Below, piece after piece: positions 25,183 through 26,362 of a stretch of 26,362 bases of DNA (the first letter of the stretch is position 1; each line of letters begins with the position of its first letter). The stretch is from a virus (Duplodnaviria; Heunggongvirae; Uroviricota; Caudoviricetes): the IMG/VR virus record IMGVR_UViG_3300027766_000002; one strand, given 5' to 3'. Under the pieces are notes generated by a model. The model was not told the origin of the DNA and did not search any database. It saw only the letters and a list, made by a program, of their open reading frames with translations. Both the position numbers and the translations under genes were made by a program.

Positions 25183-25922
25183 TACCTTCATCGTTTTTCG
25201 ATAAGAACATAGGTAAGTTTGCTCATAAAGGCGAAACTAGCCTTCTTCGTTTCGGCTATTTGTTCACTAATGATGCGCTCTACAAGCTATCTCAGCTGGA
25301 GTTAATCGAACCCGAAGATGAGATTCATACCTACATAACGATTGAATGTGTAGGTGCTGCTGACGACGACAAAGCGAGTATCACCAAAACCATCGCAAAA
25401 ATGGTTGATGATGACGCCTCCGATGAAGAGATTATCAAGCATCTTTTAGACTCTGGCTATGTTGATGAATCTAAAAACGTTGATGCCGGCAGAATTGCAC
25501 TCCGATCCTATTTCTTCATCGATGACGCTGGCCAAGAGGTGGAAGCCCCTCAAGTCGCTGGCGTTAAAGTTGAGCGACCTTTCCAGCAGCAAGGTCTAAG
25601 CAGCCGCGCATATATGTTCATTCTGAATTGGTTTGATCACCTGGTTTGCGACGAAGAGCAAACAGTTCCAGGCGCAAAAATCTGGGCTGGTCGTCTTTAT
25701 GACCAATGCGACGTGCGCATTTATAACGGTAAGGGTCAGGTTTTTGAAGATCGCTTGAGCGAACTCGGTGTTGGCGCTAAAGGCTTTCTGCCGTGGAACA
25801 AGGGCATGTTGGTAGACCTCAGCGGATGGACACCGAACCAAGTTCAGCAGAAGGTTCAAAAGTTCATCGTTTTAATCATATCTCGCGACACGTCTCCATC
25901 AGTCGGCTACTGTCCAGCCTAA
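25170..25922 (+). CDS. GNAT-fold acetyltransferase-like protein, 250 aa
   Basis: QVAGVKVERPFQQQGLSSRAY fits GNAT motif A (beta4, Q/RxxGxG/A-like loop); followed by LVCDEEQTVPGAKIW in the motif-B position. Confidence 0.65.
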   Translation: MVTLIPSSFFDKNIGKFAHKGETSLLRFGYLFTNDALYKLSQLELIEPEDEIHTYITIECVGAADDDKASITKTIAKMVDDDASDEEIIKHLLDSGYVDESKNVDAGRIALRSYFFIDDAGQEVEAPQVAGVKVERPFQQQGLSSRAYMFILNWFDHLVCDEEQTVPGAKIWAGRLYDQCDVRIYNGKGQVFEDRLSELGVGAKGFLPWNKGMLVDLSGWTPNQVQQKVQKFIVLIISRDTSPSVGYCPA

Positions 25923-25931
25923 TTCTAAATG

Positions 25932-25953
25932 AACCCGCTTCGGCGGGTTTTTT
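25932..25953 (+). terminator. Rho-independent terminator of the accessory operon
   Basis: AACCCGC-TTCG-GCGGGTT followed by TTTT. Confidence 0.9.
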
Positions 25954-25989
25954 ATTCCCAAAATTCAGTTCATTGCCTACAAACTGGCC

Positions 25990-26048
25990 TTTACACCGTG
26001 GCCGCCCCGCATTAGGCTAATAGGCACATAAGAAAACAACTTGTTTTC
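25990..26048 (+). promoter_or_regulatory. par operon promoter with downstream palindromic operator candidate
   Basis: TTTACA (25990-25995), 17 nt, TAGGCT (26013-26018); GAAAACAA-C-TTGTTTTC at 26032-26048. Confidence 0.6.
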
Positions 26049-26083
26049 ACATAATTACTATTTCGCATAACAAGGAAACAACA

Positions 26084-26362
26084 ATGGCTAAGATCATTGT
26101 GATTGGCGGCACCAAAGGTGGCCCCGGCAAATCCACGGTTGCGCAGCAGGTAGCCGGTGCGCTGGTTCTTAAAAAGCAGAAGAAATGTCACCTGACCGAC
26201 ATCGATGGGCAGATGACGACCGCAGGCTGGGCTGAAGAGCGCCGCGAAAACGAAGACCTGGCGCTTATTCCATTTGAGTTTGTGGATCATGACGTGGTTA
26301 AGCACATCAACGCGGTCAGCCAGCGACACGACTTCGTGGTTATTGACGCAGGGGGCTTCGAC
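26084..26362 (+). CDS. parA: ParA-family partition ATPase (3' end beyond the window; absent from the ORF track because no stop is reached)
   Basis: Own translation: MAKIIVIGGTKGGPGKSTVAQQ (deviant Walker A)...LTDIDGQ (A')...DFVVIDAGGFD (Walker B); AAGGA SD. Confidence 0.92.
   Translation, partial: MAKIIVIGGTKGGPGKSTVAQQVAGALVLKKQKKCHLTDIDGQMTTAGWAEERRENEDLALIPFEFVDHDVVKHINAVSQRHDFVVIDAGGFD

Larger units (their letters stand above)
1..26362 (+). mobile_element. Part of a temperate siphovirus-type phage-plasmid (SSU5/pHCM2-like): head, tail, fibre, lysis, accessory locus, parA; extends beyond both window ends
   Basis: Contiguous co-oriented virion genes plus a Walker-A ParA at the right end. 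Family assignment is from remembered synteny and protein motifs, not from a search. Confidence 0.75.

Noticed and set aside
25170-25922. Mu Mom-like DNA-modifying GNAT
   Set aside because: I see no resemblance to Mom beyond the general GNAT motif, and the operon has its own sigma70-type promoter rather than late control. Not excluded without a profile search.
26012-26329. 105-aa minus-strand ORF at the right end
   Set aside because: Antisense to the clear ParA frame starting at 26084.
1-26362. tRNA, rRNA, IS elements, integrase, terminase and portal
   Set aside because: None recognisable here; packaging genes presumably lie upstream of the window.

Overview
Late (virion and lysis) region of a long-tailed temperate phage, followed by a partition gene. 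Gene order and the ParA make an SSU5/pHCM2-like enterobacterial phage-plasmid the best fit; this is recognition from synteny and motifs, with no database search run. All real genes lie on the + strand. The order is scaffold, major capsid, head-completion/neck genes, tail tube with Ig domain, G/GT chaperones (-1 frameshift), tape measure, lambda-like M-L-K-I-J tail tip, a 1225-aa fibre ending in a T-even gp37-type autochaperone, a gp38-like adhesin, two Cor-like lipoproteins, a lysis cassette, a two-gene accessory operon with a GNAT-like protein, and the 5' part of parA. The most unusual signal is outside the ORFs. The ribosome-binding sites of most late genes sit in the loop of short hairpins (ANGGAN loops), and several leaders carry extra CsrB-like GGA-loop hairpins. 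This suggests a coordinated CsrA/Rsm-type translational control layer over virion assembly. The accessory GNAT operon with its structured leader, and the adhesin plus tandem exclusion-lipoprotein module, are the other main candidates for new biology.
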